The notes below the pieces were generated by a model, which was not told the DNA's origin, ran no database searches, and saw only the letters and a program-made list of their open reading frames with translations. A DNA stretch of 64,000 nucleotides. It comes from Squalus acanthias (taxonomy: Eukaryota). The stretch is from positions 173,974,001 to 174,038,000 of the forward strand of contig CM059425.1 in the NCBI GenBank assembly GCA_030390025.1, read 5' to 3'. Positions 35,356 through 48,488 of the stretch are shown in pieces (position 1 is the first letter of the stretch; every line of letters begins with the position of its first letter). Both the position numbers and the translations under genes were made by a program.

Positions 35356-35558
35356 CATGATGCGGAGATGCCGGCGTTGAACTGAGGTGGACATAAATGA
35401 GAAGTCGCACAACACCAGTTTATAGTCCAACAGATTTATTTAAAATTACAAGCTTTCGGAGCTATCGCCCCTTCCTCAGGTGCGATAGCTCCGAAAGCTT
35501 GTAATTTTAAATAAATCTGTTGGACTATAACCTGGTGTTGTGCGACTTCTCATTTTTG
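35356..35558. mobile_element. Fold-back Penelope-derived element with hammerhead motif
   Basis: 12-bp TSD tacatccgtgga (35344-35355, 35559-35570); 74-bp inverted arms 35395-35468 / 35482-35555 with one mismatch. Confidence 0.8.
35447..35482 (-). ncRNA. Minimal hammerhead ribozyme motif
   Basis: Minus strand cac-CTGAGGA-aggggcgatagctcc-GAAA-gctt-gta; intact core, stem II, palindromic AGCT stem III; very short stem I. Confidence 0.65.
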
Positions 35559-37024
35559 TACATCCGTGGAGTTCACGTCTCAGGTCGACATGCTGCCTGA
35601 CCTACTGAGTATTTGCAGCATCTTATGCTGTCATTTCACATTTACTGCATCCGCTTGCAGAGGGAAGAGGAAGATGTAGAAGAGAAGACGCAGAAGAGCA
35701 AGACACAGAAGAGGAGGAAGCCGAAGAGGAGGAATCAGATGGAAGGATGCATCCCAGACGGCCCCTTTGTGGCTGGGATATCCAAGATGGAATCATCCAC
35801 CTGCGGTTCCACTGGCTGGCCAGCCTACCTCTTCTTGTTGACCCACTGGCTGGGCAGGCTGCATTTCTTGGGTGTGTGAAATGAGGAAGACACAAGGGTG
35901 GAGTTGTGCTGACGGGTGGGCGGGAAAACTAGAGGTGCATGCCAGAAGGGCGATAACGTACATGGATACCCGCATCTTGTATCCTTTCAGCCCCGGCGCT
36001 GGCCAAGGGCTCAGCCATGCCCCTGCCAAGAATGGCCTGCACCGTCTCCTCCAAGGGGGTGAGGTGATGCTAGGAATGGTAGATGTGCCTTGTCATTGGT
36101 GCAGATTGTTGGTAGGTGAGTGATTGGGGGTCGTGCATTGAGAAGTGTGTGAGGCTAGTGGTGCAGTTGGTAGGTGACAGCTTTTGAAGATGCATTCATT
36201 GACCTTGACTAGTGGTCTGAGGTCATGTAGCTTCTTTGGGCACTGGAGCCAGATGGTGGGGGCAACCCTGCTGGCAGTGATGGCCTTGGTAATGTACTCC
36301 CACATTATTCTTTCAGGAGGGCCTCTTAGCCCCTATGAGTAGAGGGCCAGTCTTGCAGTGTTGACCCCCTGCACAAAGCTGGAGTGCTGCATGCGAAACC
36401 CTGGGTGCCCCTTCCCTGGCTTGCTGAGCCATTTGTGTTAGTGCTGAGGCAGTTTTCCCATTTGTTCAGTTTAGGAAGGGAATTCAGCTTTAAGAACTGA
36501 ATGATCACATTTGGAACTTCTTTTAAATATTGAATATTTGTAAAAAGACTGAAAGGGCTGAAAAATGTATTGAATCAGTGCATTTTATTTTGTCTTGCTT
36601 CAATGTGCATGGCCCCTTTAAATTTCAGAGCTCCTCACTGCCCACAATGCATTGCGAGCTTCACAGCCTCGCACACAGACGCTAGGGGAAGCAGCAACGC
36701 CACACCAGGACTACAAATTGGTCCCGGATCCCTCGTGCAACACCACCAGGACGGCGTTGCACCTAAGGTTAGCGTTGCGCCACCTACCTCCATGCCCACC
36801 ACACCAATTTAGGTCAGTTAGCACTGTGGCCATTTCGATCGGCCGTTAACGGCAGTTGGCGGTGACACCGACTGCTTTGCTGGCGATCACCAATTTTTCC
36901 CCCTTGATGTTATACACAGAAAGTATCACTATCCATGGTAAACAATAGAGAAAAGGTAGTAAACCTCCCAATGCATACGTTGGCATCATTTTCTAGATGA
37001 AACATTTAATTCCAAATTTATGTA

Positions 37025-37212
37025 AAAGAAAGACTTGCATTTCTATAACGCCTTTTATAACCTCAAGACATCTCAAAGCGCTTCATAGCTAATGAAGTAC
37101 CTTTGAGCTGTAGTCACTGTGATAATGTAGGAAACACGGCAGCCAATTTGCGCACAGCAAGATCCCACAAATTTCAATGAGATAAATAGCCAGATGATCT
37201 GTTTTAGTGATT
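37025..37212 (-). mobile_element. Deu-domain SINE fragment
   Basis: tgtaggaaacacggcagccaatttgcgcacagcaagatcccaca (reverse Deu core) plus L2-like tail. Confidence 0.72.
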
Positions 37213-37811
37213 TTTAGTAATATGAAGTGGTTCAAATGTGAGCTAATGCACATAGAAATCTGTTATTTCCTTATATGAATTTAATCCTTATGCTAATAAA
37301 TTAGAGAAAAGTGTTCCATTTCTCAACAGTAACATTGATATGCACAAAAAGCTCACCAAAATATAAATTCGAAAAATTTGTACAGTATACGAATGGCCAA
37401 AAACTTAACTACTTAGTATTACCTCTAGTAAAACTAGATTTTGACGATTTATATATATATATTTTAACATGTTATTGTTTTTTTAACTTTTGTCTTGTTC
37501 TCAGGATTGTTTGTAAAGTCAGCTATTTCAATTATGAAGCTGCTCTCCGCAAATTACATCAGCAAGCAGCAGCTTAAAAATAATTGGAATGTTACCAAAT
37601 TGTTAAGTGAGTTTCTCTCTACAGCATATGTGTTTCCTTTTAAAAGTGGTCATCATCTGATCTGTCTCAGTGCATAAAAACTCATTGCACTGGGCATTCT
37701 AATGGACTTCTAGTACATTATTATATGTACTGACAGAATTTCAGTTCATAGTATTATTTGCAATTCTGCATATTCCTTTTTTGTCATATTTGGACTGCTG
37801 TTCGCATTTTT

Positions 37812-38070
37812 GTATTTATTCTTGAGATGTGGGCAATGCTGGCAAAGCTCATTTATTGCCCAACCCTAGTTGCCTTGAGAAGGTGTTGGTGGGCCTTCTC
37901 TTTGAACTGCTGCAGTCCTTGTTCCTTGTACTGATGGTGCTGTCGTAATGGTGTTAGGTAAAGAATTGCAGGACTCTGACCCAGTGACTTAGAAGGAACA
38001 GCTGTGCATGTCCAAGTCAGGGTAGTGTGTGGCTTGGATGGGAACTTGGAAATGATAGTGTTCCCACAAT
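37812..38070 (-). mobile_element. 3' end fragment of the LINE family at 15295-17372
   Basis: ttgaactgctgcagtcc...ggggaacttgga resembles 15310-15470. Confidence 0.65.
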
Positions 38071-38182
38071 CTTGAATTACCCTTTTAAACAGTTTTAACT
38101 GAAATTGGCTTGTTAAGATGTTACGCTTGGTACTTGCTTATTTTATTTAAACTCTAACCTTAATTTGTTCTTTCCATCCCAG

Positions 38183-38258
38183 CTCCTGAAATCTTACGAG
38201 GCTATGCCTATGGACCAGAGGTTGACATGTGGTCAGTGGGCGTCATCACCTACATACT
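38183..38258 (+). CDS. CAMK4: CaMKIV coding exon (APE and subdomain IX; probably exon 8)
   Basis: ccatcccag|CTCCT...ATACT|gtaaga; 76 nt; (A)PEILRGYAYGPEVDMWSVGVITYI(L); phases consistent. Confidence 0.95.
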
Positions 38259-38479
38259 GTAAGATTCTGAAAATGTAGCATCAGGCCTTTCGTTATTCCA
38301 AACTTTCTTATGTTCTGTTAATTAAGTATAGTAATAATCTGAATGAGAAACTCATCCATGTACTTTAGCAGTAGAAATAACCCGTTCATTTAGTACCAAC
38401 ACCTGGTACAGACCTCATGGTGCAAACTAGCAATGAGTCAAAGCATCATGCTCCCCGAATTTGTATAAGTTAGCAACAT

Positions 38480-41037
38480 ACTAATAGTGGAAGGGAGGTG
38501 GAGGAAGAAATATGCAGACAAATTCGGGAAATGAGTAAAAAACATAGAATAATAATCATGGGGGATTTCAACTACCCCGATATTAATTGGACAAACGAGT
38601 TAGGTAAAGGGGATAAGGGAATGGAGTTCCTACAATGTGTACAGGACTTCTTTCTAACCCAAAATGTAAAAAGCCCAATAAGGGAGGATTCGCTATTGGA
38701 TCTAGTAATGGGGAATGAACCAGAGCAGATAAGAGAAGTAAAAGTAGGGGAACATATAGGCAATGGTGACCATAATATAATATGCTTTAAGATGATAATT
38801 GAGAAGGACGTAAGTATGATGAAAACCAGGTAAATAGATTGGAGAAAAGCTGATTTTGAGGGGCTGAGAATAGAACTTGGGAAAATAAAATGGGAAACAA
38901 TATTGGCAAACAACGATGTAGAACAGCAATGGGAAACATTTAAAACGGTGTTCAACAGAGTGCAGAAATAATATATTCCGCAAAAGGAAAGAAAAAACTA
39001 AACAATAATGAGACTCCATGGATGAATAAAGCCATAAGGGAACAATTGAGGGTAAGGAAAGAGGCATACATTAAGTACATAGACAGCAGGGGAGTGCATG
39101 ATAAGGGAGAATTAAAAAGATTAGGAGAGAAGTCAAAAAAACAATTAGGGAGGCAAAGAGGAACAGTGAAATTAAATTATCAAGGAACATAAAACAAAAT
39201 AGTAAAATATTTTATCGGCACCTCAATAAAAAAGGAAGGTTGGGATGGGAATAGGGCCATAAGGGATAGACAGGATAATACCACAGGTAACAATAGAGAC
39301 ATGGCAGAAATATTAAATAATGATTTTGCTTCAGTATTTACCAGGGAGATAGAACAGGTGGACATGGCATTGGATGATGAGATTAATAATGAGATAAGTG
39401 CATTTAAAATAAAAAAGGGGATATATTAAATAAACTAATCAAACTCAAAGAGGATTAAACCCCTGGTCCAAATGGATTGCATCCAAGCATTTTAAAAGAA
39501 TCTAGGGAAGAGATAGCAGAGGCATTGCTACGCATACTTAATAATTCATTAGAAACAGGTGTAGTGCCAGAGGACTGCTGGACAGCTAACGTAATACCGA
39601 TATTTAAGAGGGGGTATAGAACATGTCCAGGGAATTATAGACCAGTCAGCTTAACATCGGTGGTAGGAAAAAAAATTGAATCCCTACTAAAGGAGAAAAT
39701 AGAAGAACATCTAGAAACCAAAAATATAATAATTAATAGTCAGCATGGATTTCAAAAGGGAAAGTCTTGCTTGACCAACCTTATTGAATTTTTTGAAGAG
39801 GTAACAGAGCATAGACAATGGCAATGCAGTAGATATAATTTATCTGGATTTTCAAAAGGCCTTCGATAAGGTACCCCATAATAGACTGATGAACAAGGTC
39901 AGAGAATGCGGAGTCAGGGGACAAGTAGCAGAATGGATTGCTGGCTGGCTTCAGGACAGAAAGCAGAGAGTAGGAGTAAAGGGTAGTTAATCACAGTGGC
40001 AGAAGGTGGGTAGTGGTGTTCCACAAGGATCAGTGCTGGGACCACTGCTGTTCACAATTTACATTAACGATTTAGACTTTGGAAACAAAAACACAATTTC
40101 AAAATTTGCGGATGACACCAAATTAGGGGGGATAGTCAATACTGAGGAGGACTGCAACAAATTACAGGAGGACATTAATAAACTTGCAGAATGGGCATAT
40201 AATTGGCAAATGTAGTTCAACACAGATAAATGTGAGGTATAACATTTTGGTAGGAAGAATAGGGAGGTCACTTATCACTTGGAGGGTGCGAGTCTAGGTG
40301 TGGTAGAGGAACAAAGGGATCTCGGAGTACAAATACACAAATCACTAAATGTTGCGACACAGGTTAGCAAGGCCATAAAAAAAGCAAACCAAGCACTAGG
40401 GTTTATTTCTAGAGGTATAGAATTGAAAAGTAGGGAAGTTATGCTAAACCTATATCGAACCTTGGTTAGACCACACTTAAGAGTGCTGCGTACAGTTCTG
40501 GTCGCCATATTATAAAAAGGATATAGAGGCATTGGAGAGGGTGCAGAGAAGATTTACAAGGATGATACCAGAAATACGAGGGTATACATATCAGGAAAGA
40601 ATAAACAGGCTGGGTCTCTTTTCTCTTGAAAAAAAAGGCTGAGGGGGTGACCTAATAGAGGTCTTTAAAATTATGAAAAATTTTGATAGAGTGGCTACAG
40701 AGAGAATGTTTCCACTTGTGGAGAAGAGCATAACTAGAGACCATCAATATAAGATAGTCACCAAGAAATCCAATAGGGAATTCAGAAGAACCTTCTTTAC
40801 CCAAAGAGTGGTGAGAATGTGGAACTCACTACCACAGGGAGTGGTTGAAGCGAATCGTACAGATGCATTTAAGGGGAGGCTAGACAAGCATATGAGGGAA
40901 AAGGGAATAGAGGATTATGCTGATAGATTTAGATGAGGAAAGACGGGAGGAGGCTCGTGTGGAGCATAAACGCCGGTATGGACTGGTTGGGCCGAATAGC
41001 CTGTTTCTGTGTCGTATATCCTATGTAATCCTATGTA
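38480..41037 (+). mobile_element. CR1 LINE, decayed ORF2, filling most of a CAMK4 intron
   Basis: GDFNYPDINW, GNYRPVSLTS, GVPQGSVLGP, FADDTK; tail atcctatgtaatcctatgta. Confidence 0.92.
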
Positions 41038-41080
41038 TACAGAACAACTGTTATCTGACAATTTCTTATTCCTTTGTCAG

Positions 41081-41207
41081 GCTGTGTGGCTTTGAACCAT
41101 TCTACGACGAGAGGGGAGATCAATACATGTTTAAGAGGATTCTAAACTGTGACTATGACTTTGTCTCCCCCTGGTGGGATGAGGTCTCACTTAATGCAAA
41201 GGATTTG
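41081..41207 (+). CDS. CAMK4: CaMKIV coding exon (probably exon 9)
   Basis: ctttgtcag|GCTG...GATTTG|gtaagt; 127 nt; LCGFEPFYDERGDQYMFKRILNCDYDFVSPWWDEVSLNAKDL; CGFEPFYDERGDQ is CaMKIV-typical. Confidence 0.96.
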
Positions 41208-42486
41208 GTAAGTGAGACAACAGAATATAGTTGCAGATTTGTTCTACTGCATCCTATGTTTAGCCTAAATTATGGATACCCATGTCAAACAACTACAAAG
41301 ACAATTCTGGCTAACACTATTACAAGTCCATGGTTGTACATTAATTCCTCACCCCATTGTTTTAAGAAACGAAATGAAGAGCTAAATAATTTCAGGCATT
41401 AATATAACTTTATAACATAAGTCAGAAGTGTTTATTGGATTCTTCAGACAATCTATACTGTAGATCTGAGGCATCAACTTAGTGTGAGAGAATACATTTA
41501 ATTAAAGAACCAATAATGATTAGGAGTGTGGCATAAGTAGTAACACACACAGTTTTAAATTATACTATAGACCATCTAAATTCTGAGAGTGTGTTACAGA
41601 TTTGAACGCAATCCCAAACATCACTTAATTACTTATATTTGTTCTAGAGTATAACTCCCCTTTTAAAGGTACTTTTCTTTCTTTGGGTCTCCATGAGCCA
41701 TACACCATCACTGATGATCAAGAGGGCATGAGGGCATCCTGCTCCCAGGCATCTACTAATGTTGCTCAAAAGCCACCTGCATGCAAGCAGTCCAGGTGAC
41801 ATAGAGAAGTGCCCAGGTCTTCAGTCTGTGCCTACCCTCTGTGACACAGTTGAGGCCAGTAACTAACTGTGAGGAGGGATGTGATTGTGATACACACACA
41901 CGTATACAGGTTATTGCTGTTTCTCTTTTCAGCGTATTAACTTTTACTAGTGAATAACACTCTGTGTATGTGTTCATGATACTTGTTAGAAAGAATTCTG
42001 TCTGTTTTGAGAGTGTATTCTTCAGATTCTTTCAGGCACATACTAAACATATCTTGGGAGCCATTTGGAGGAGTAAGAACTGTTTAAGAGCCAATATTTG
42101 TTGAATTCTGTCATTAAGTACAATTTGTAACTTGTTGCAAGACAGCTATACAGATGATATTGCACTATTGACACACATCAACTGTGCCAGGACATTGTGG
42201 CTGGAATTTTCACCTTTGCGTTGGGTTGTGTGCTTGCGGGTGGCGTAGCAGGTCCGAAACGCGATGTTTTCAGCAATGTGCTGCTCAAAGCAACTTAATG
42301 GCCCCAATTGAAAGAGTTATGCGTGTTTCCTGGCCGTATTAAATGGTGCGGGTCTGATGACATCATCAATTACTTGTTTCCAGTGCCCATATTTAAAGCA
42401 GCCTTGCACTGAACTCACTTGAAGGTTTCCAGGGGAGGGTGGAAGGTGTCAAGGAAAGGCCACAGGAGAGATAAAACTTTTGAAAC

Positions 42487-44993
42487 ATGGATAGCCAAAG
42501 GCAGAGGGCTGCTCCCCGGTTCTCTGATTCTTCCTTGCAAACTCTTCTGGAGGCTGTCAGAACATACAGGAAGGTCCTCTTCCCTGCTGACAGGCAAAGG
42601 AGACCTCCACAAGCAACAAAGAGAGCCTGGCTGGATATTGCTAAGGAGGTCAGCAGCAGGGATGTGGTCAGGAGGACCTGGATACAGTGCAGGAAGCGCT
42701 TCAGTGATCTCATGAGGTCAGGAAAGGTGAGTGCAATGCCACACTCACCCTCGTCCTGAAGTGCCTGTCAACACATCCCCATCACTCTGCCTTCCCAAGC
42801 CTACTCCTGCACATCATTCCTTACACTAACATACCTTGCACATCCACCCGTCTCTCTCTATGTACATACTCACATCCCCATCTGACTAACCACCCCTCAC
42901 AATCACCCTCAACCTAATGCAATCATAGCAAGTAGCACCACAGAAGGAGGCCATTTGGCATTGGCACCCTCATAGTCACCCTCTACAGATGTAACCCATC
43001 CATTCCTTACACTCATTCCATCACTCTCACTCGAACTTCTCTTCTTTCCCTCCTTGCAGGAGAAGAGAGCCCACAACAACAGGGAGAGGGAGAGAACCGG
43101 AGGTGGCCCTCCAGTGGTTGCACACCTCACAGCAGCAAAGGAAGTGGCTCTGGAAATTTCAGGAGTTCCAGCGATGCTGACGGTGTGGGAGACGGAGAGA
43201 GGGGGACATCCCAGCAACCTGGTGACAGAATCACATCCTATAAAGCCACATGGCATACAACAGTCACCCATATGGTGACTGATGTCAGCAGCCAGTGAAA
43301 TATCATCATGTGCATAATGGTAACGCTACCCATTCTTATTATAACACTTCTAATTCATCTCTTTACACTCCCACAGGTCTATCAGCTACCCCCCGCATTC
43401 TCCAGCCGGAGGAGAAAGACGACTCCTGAGAGGAACCTCCAGCCTCTGAGGGTGCAGCATCACCAGACCCAAGCGCACCCAGCACCAGCGCAGATACACA
43501 CACCTTGGTGGGTTCTTTGCACCATAGATTAGAGACACCTGGTGTCTCACAATTCACAAGTGAGCAAGAACAATGGTGTTGACAGGGACAGTAGTGGAGA
43601 CTCCTCATCGGAGGGCGCAGGACGCTCCAAGCTCTGCTCAGCTGCATGCAGACGATGAGCCTCGGGGACCATCGAGAAAGAGGGTGATCTTGGAGGGGCA
43701 GCCACAATTGCATGAGGCTCTGGCATCTTTTGCAGCCACGATGTCTGCAAATGTTCAGAGAATTGAGGAGTCCAACTCCAACATGAGTACCACCATGTCA
43801 AGTTAACATGCAGGTACAGCAAGCAATTAGGAAAGCAAATGGTATGTTGGCCTTTATTACAAGAGGATTTGAGTATAAGAATAAAGACGTCTTACTGGAA
43901 TTATATAGGGCCCTGGTGAGACCACACCTGGAGTATTGTGTACAGTTTTGGTCTCCTTACCTAAGGAAGGATATACTTGCCATAGAGGGAGTGCAACGAA
44001 GGTTCACCAGACTGGTTCCTGGGATGGGGGGATTGTCCTATGAGGAGAGATTAAGTAGACTAGGCCTATATTATCTAGAGTTTCGAAGAATGAGAGGTGA
44101 TCTCATTGAAACATTCAAAATTCTTACAGGGCTTGACAGGGTAGTTGCAGGGTGGATATTTCCCCTGGCTAGGGCGTCTAGAACCAGGGGTCACAGTCTC
44201 AGAATAAGGGGTCGGCCATTTAGGACTGATATGAGGAGAAATTTCTTCACTCAGAGGGTGGTGAATCTTCGGAATTCTCTACCCCAGAGGGCTGTGGAGG
44301 CTCAGTCATTGAGTATATTCAAGACAGAGATCGATAGATTTTTGAATATTAAGGGATATGGAGATAGTGCAGGAAAATGGAAATGAGGTAGAAGATCAGC
44401 TATGATCTTATTGAATGGCGGAGCAGGCTCGAAGGGCCAAATGGCCTACTCCTGCTCCTATTTCTTATGTTCTTATGTCGCAGGCGATGGCGACGATGTA
44501 CTGTTCCATGGAAAGGATGGCCACCTGCATGTAGCAGCAAATGCGCCACTCACATGAGCACATGCTAGCTGTGGACAACAGATGGCAGGCGCTCATCGAC
44601 CTCCTCTCAAGGAGGGATGTAAACGATGACTTGGGCCTTCATCGCCCCACTGCTGTGCAGAAAGGTGCTTGCCAGCTCCTTGCTAGCAGGGAAGTGCGGG
44701 TGGCCCATAAGAGAGATGATGGTGAGAGGGGACATGGAAGTGCGGGCTCTTCTCAAAGCGCTCCGATTTCTCCCCCGCAGTCAGAGCCCAAGATGCCTCC
44801 TCGGATCCCGATGGCCGAGTCTGCCCTTGCACAATCACAGGAGGAGCAGACTTTGGCAGGGCCATCACAGGCTCCAAAACCCAGCGGACGTCCACCAAAA
44901 GTGTCTACACAGTCGCAGCAGGGAAGTGAGCAGACTGCAACTAACTCTGCTGAAGCCACAAGGGTTGCACCTCGTAGAAGCACTCGCAAATGA
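42487..44993 (+). pseudogene. Harbinger Myb/SANT partner gene: exons 42487-42726, 43060-43221, 43377-44993 (interrupted by CR1)
   Basis: MDSQRQRAAPRFSDSSLQTLL...RRTWIQCRKRFSDLMRSGK|gtgagt; ttgcag|EKRAHNNRERERTGGGPP; ccacag|exon 3 ending PRRSTRK*. Confidence 0.86.
43800..44474 (+). mobile_element. CR1 LINE 3' fragment inside Myb exon 3
   Basis: 192-aa ORF2 end, (ttcttatg) tail, 5-bp TSD atgtc (43795-43799, 44475-44479). Confidence 0.92.
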
Positions 44994-45209
44994 AAAATGA
45001 CGCAAAAGTAGATGCACAAGGATAAGCACATGGGTGTATCAACAAATGTCAGTGCTAAGTTTCATTTGTTTTGAATGGACACATCATTGTTTTACTTTGC
45101 ACCACTTTCGGGACTTGTCCATTTTTGCCTCAAACGTTGGAGTGAATGGTGACAAATTATTTAACCTGGAGCATTGGGCCTTTGGGTGAGAGCAATGGCC
45201 AAATTGAGA

Positions 45210-48200
45210 GCAAAAGCAGGACCTCAAAGCTAGTAATCTCCAGATTACTACCAGTGCCACGTGCTAGTGAGTTCAGGAATAGGAAGATAGAGCAGATGAA
45301 TGCATGGCTGGAGAGATGGTGTAGGAGGGATGGCTTTAGATTCCTGAGGAATTGGAAACGTTTCTGGGGGAGGTGGGACCTCTACAAGCCAGACGGGTTG
45401 CACCTCAACGGGAATGGGACCAATATCCTCGTGGGAGGGTTTGCTACTGCTGTTGGGGAGGGTTTGAACTAGCTTGGCAGGGGGATGGGAGCCTAAGTAT
45501 AGAGTCAATAGGGAGAGAAGAAAAACTGGAATTGGAAAACAAAAACATAGAAAGTAAATTGGAAGGACAGAGGAATCAAGGGCTAGATAGTAGTCAACAA
45601 GGAGGTTTGCCTGTACTTAATGGTATATACTTCAATGCAAGGAGTATAGCGAACAAGGCAGATGAGCTGAGGGCACAGGTAGGTAATTGGGACTATGATA
45701 TTATAGCTATTACAGAGACGTGGCTGAAAGAGGGGCAGGTATGGCAGCTCAACATTCCTGGTTACAGGATTTTCAGACGGGATAGTGAGGGCGGTAAAAA
45801 GGGAGGGAGGGTCGCGGTATTGATTAAAGAAACTATTACAGCTGTGAGGAGGGATGATATGTTGGGGGGATCATCAAACAAGGCCATGTGGGTCGAATTG
45901 AAAAACAAAAAAGGGGCGATCACACTGCTGGGAGTGTACTACAGACCCCCAAACAGTGAGAGGGAGATAGAAGAACAAATATGTAGACAAATTTCTGAGA
46001 AGTGCAAAATCTATAGGGCAATAATAGTAGGGGATTTCAACTACCCCAATATTAACTGGGATAAAATTAGTGTGAAGGGTATAGAAGGTGCGGAATTCCT
46101 AAAATGCATCCAGGAGAACTTTTTTAGCCAGTATATAGCAAGCCCAACAAGGGAGGGGGCAGTTCTGGACTTAGTTTTAGGGAATGAAGCTGGGCAGGTA
46201 GGAGGCGTATCAGTGGGGGGGCATTTTGGTGCTAGTGACCATAATTCTGTTAGATTTAAGGTAGTTATGGAAAAGAACAAGGATAGCCCAGGAATAAAAA
46301 TTCTAAATTGGGGAAAAGCAAATTTTGCTAAGCTCAGAGGGGATTTAGCCACAGTGGACTGGAAACAGCTACTTGAAGGTAAATCAGTGTCAGAGCAGTG
46401 GGAGGCATTCAAGGACGAGATCCGGAGGGTTCAGACCAAACATGTGCCCTTAAAGAAAAAAAGGTGGGACTAACAAATCTAGAGCCCCCTGGATGTCTAG
46501 AGACATGCAGAGTAGGATAAAGAAAAAAAGGGAGGCGTATGACAGATACCGAGGGCTAAATACTCCAGAATCTTTAGAGGAGTACAGAAAGTGCAGGGGT
46601 GCAATTAAAAATGATATTAGGAAAGCAAAGAGAGCATGAAAAATTCTTGGCAAGTAAAATGAAGGAAAACCCAAAGATGTTTTATAAATATATTAAGAGT
46701 AAGAGAATAACTAAAGAAAGGGTAGGGCCTATTAGAGATCATGAGGGTAATCTGTGTGTGGAGGCGGGAGACGTCGGTAGGGTTCTTAGTGAATACTTTG
46801 CATCTGTTTTCACAAAGGAGAGGGGTGGAGGAGTGTGAAATATTAGATGAAATAAACATAGTGTGAGTGGAAGTATTAAGGGGTTTAGCAGCTTTAAAAG
46901 TGGATAAATCCCCAGGCCCGGATGAAATGTATCCCAGGCTGTTAAGCGAAGCAAAAGAGGAAATAGCAGAAGTCCTGACCATCATTTTTCAATCCTCTCT
47001 GGCTTCAGGTGTAGTACTGGAGGACTGCTAATGTGGTACCCTTGTTTAAAAAGGGAGAAAAGGATAGACCGAGTAATTACAGGCCACTCGGTGGTGGGAA
47101 AATTATTGGAAAGAATTCTGAAGGATAGGATAAATCTTCATTTAGAAAGACACGGATTAATCAAGGATAATCAGCACGGATTTGTTAAGGGAAGGTCGTG
47201 TCTGACAAACTTGATTGAATTTTTTGAGGAGGTAACGAGGGTGGATGAGGGTAGTGCGTTTGATGTAGTGTATATGGACTTTAGCAAGGCTTTTGATAAG
47301 GTTCCACATGGCAGACTGGTCACGAAGTTAAAAGCCCATGGGATCCAGGGCAAAGTGTCAAGTTGGATTCAAAACTGGCTCGGAGACAGAAGCAGAGGGT
47401 AATGGTTGATGGGTGTTTTTGTGACTGGAAGGCTGTTTCCAGTGGGGTTCCGCAGGGCTCAGTACTAGGACCTTTGCTTTTTGTGGTATATATCAACGAT
47501 CTTGTCTTGAATATAAGCGGTATGATTAAGAAATTTGCAGATGATACTAAAATCGGCTGTGTGGTTGATACTGAAGAAGGAAGCTGTAGACTGCAGGAAG
47601 ATATCAATAAATTGGTCAGGTGGGCAGAACAGTGGCAAATGGAATTCAATCCGGAGAAGTGTGAGGTAATGCATTTGGGGAGGGCTAACAAGGAAAGGGA
47701 ATACACATTAAATGGTAGGACACTGAGTAGTGTAGAGGAACAAAGGGACCTTGGAGTGCAGGTCCACAGATCCCTGAAGGTAGCAGGCCAAGTAGATAAG
47801 GTGGTTAAGAAGGCATACGGAATGCTTGCCTTTATCAGCTGTGGCATAGAATACAAGAGCAGGGGGGTTATGCTTCAACTGTATAAAACACTAGTTAGGC
47901 CTCAGCTAGAGTACTGCGTGCAGTTCTGGTCACCACATTACAGGAAAGATGTGATTGCACTAGAGAGGGTACAGAGGAGATTTACAAGGATGTTGCTGGG
48001 AGTAGAGAATCTTAGCTATGAGGAAAGACTGGATAGGCTGGGTCTGTTTTCCTTGGAACAGAGGAGGCTGAGGGGAGACCTTATTGAGGTGTATAAAATT
48101 ATGAGGGGCATAGATAAAGTAGATAGAAAGGACCTATTTTCCTTAGCAGAGGGGTCAAAAACCAGGGGGCACAAATTTAAAGTAATTGGGGGAAGGTTTA

Positions 48201-48458
48201 GAGGGGATTTGAGGGGAAATTTCTTCACCCAGAGGGTTGTGGGGGTCTGGAACTCACTGCCTGAAAGGGTGGTAGAGGCAGGAACCCTAACCACATTTAA
48301 AAAGTACTTGGATGTGCACTTGGGATGCTGTAACCTGCAGGGCTACGGACCAAGAGCTGGGAAGTGGGATTAGGCTGGATAGCTCTTTGTTGGCCGGTGC
48401 GGACACGATGGGCCGAAATGGCCTCCTTCCATGCTGTAACTTTCTATGATTCTATGAT
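45210..48458 (+). mobile_element. CR1 LINE from ORF1 C-terminus to 3' tail
   Basis: Esterase end (DGLHLN), EN (YFNARSI, YYRPPN, GDFN, SDH), RT, tail ttctatgattctatgatt. Confidence 0.93.
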
Positions 48459-48488
48459 TGTAGGGATGCTATATGGTGTTGTTGCAAG

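Larger units (their letters stand above)
34841..36903. mobile_element. Heavily deleted Harbinger remnant
   Basis: Terminus caatttttccccc; Myb exon-1-like WLQCPKKLHDLRPLVK|gtcaat on - near 36200-36260; acidic transposase-tail-like stretch 35660-35750; possible TTG TSD. Confidence 0.55.

Noticed and set aside
40917..41402. 161-aa ORF containing kinase sequence as a standalone gene
   Set aside because: Only 41081-41207 is kinase-like and is bounded by splice sites; the rest is CR1 3' UTR and intron read-through.
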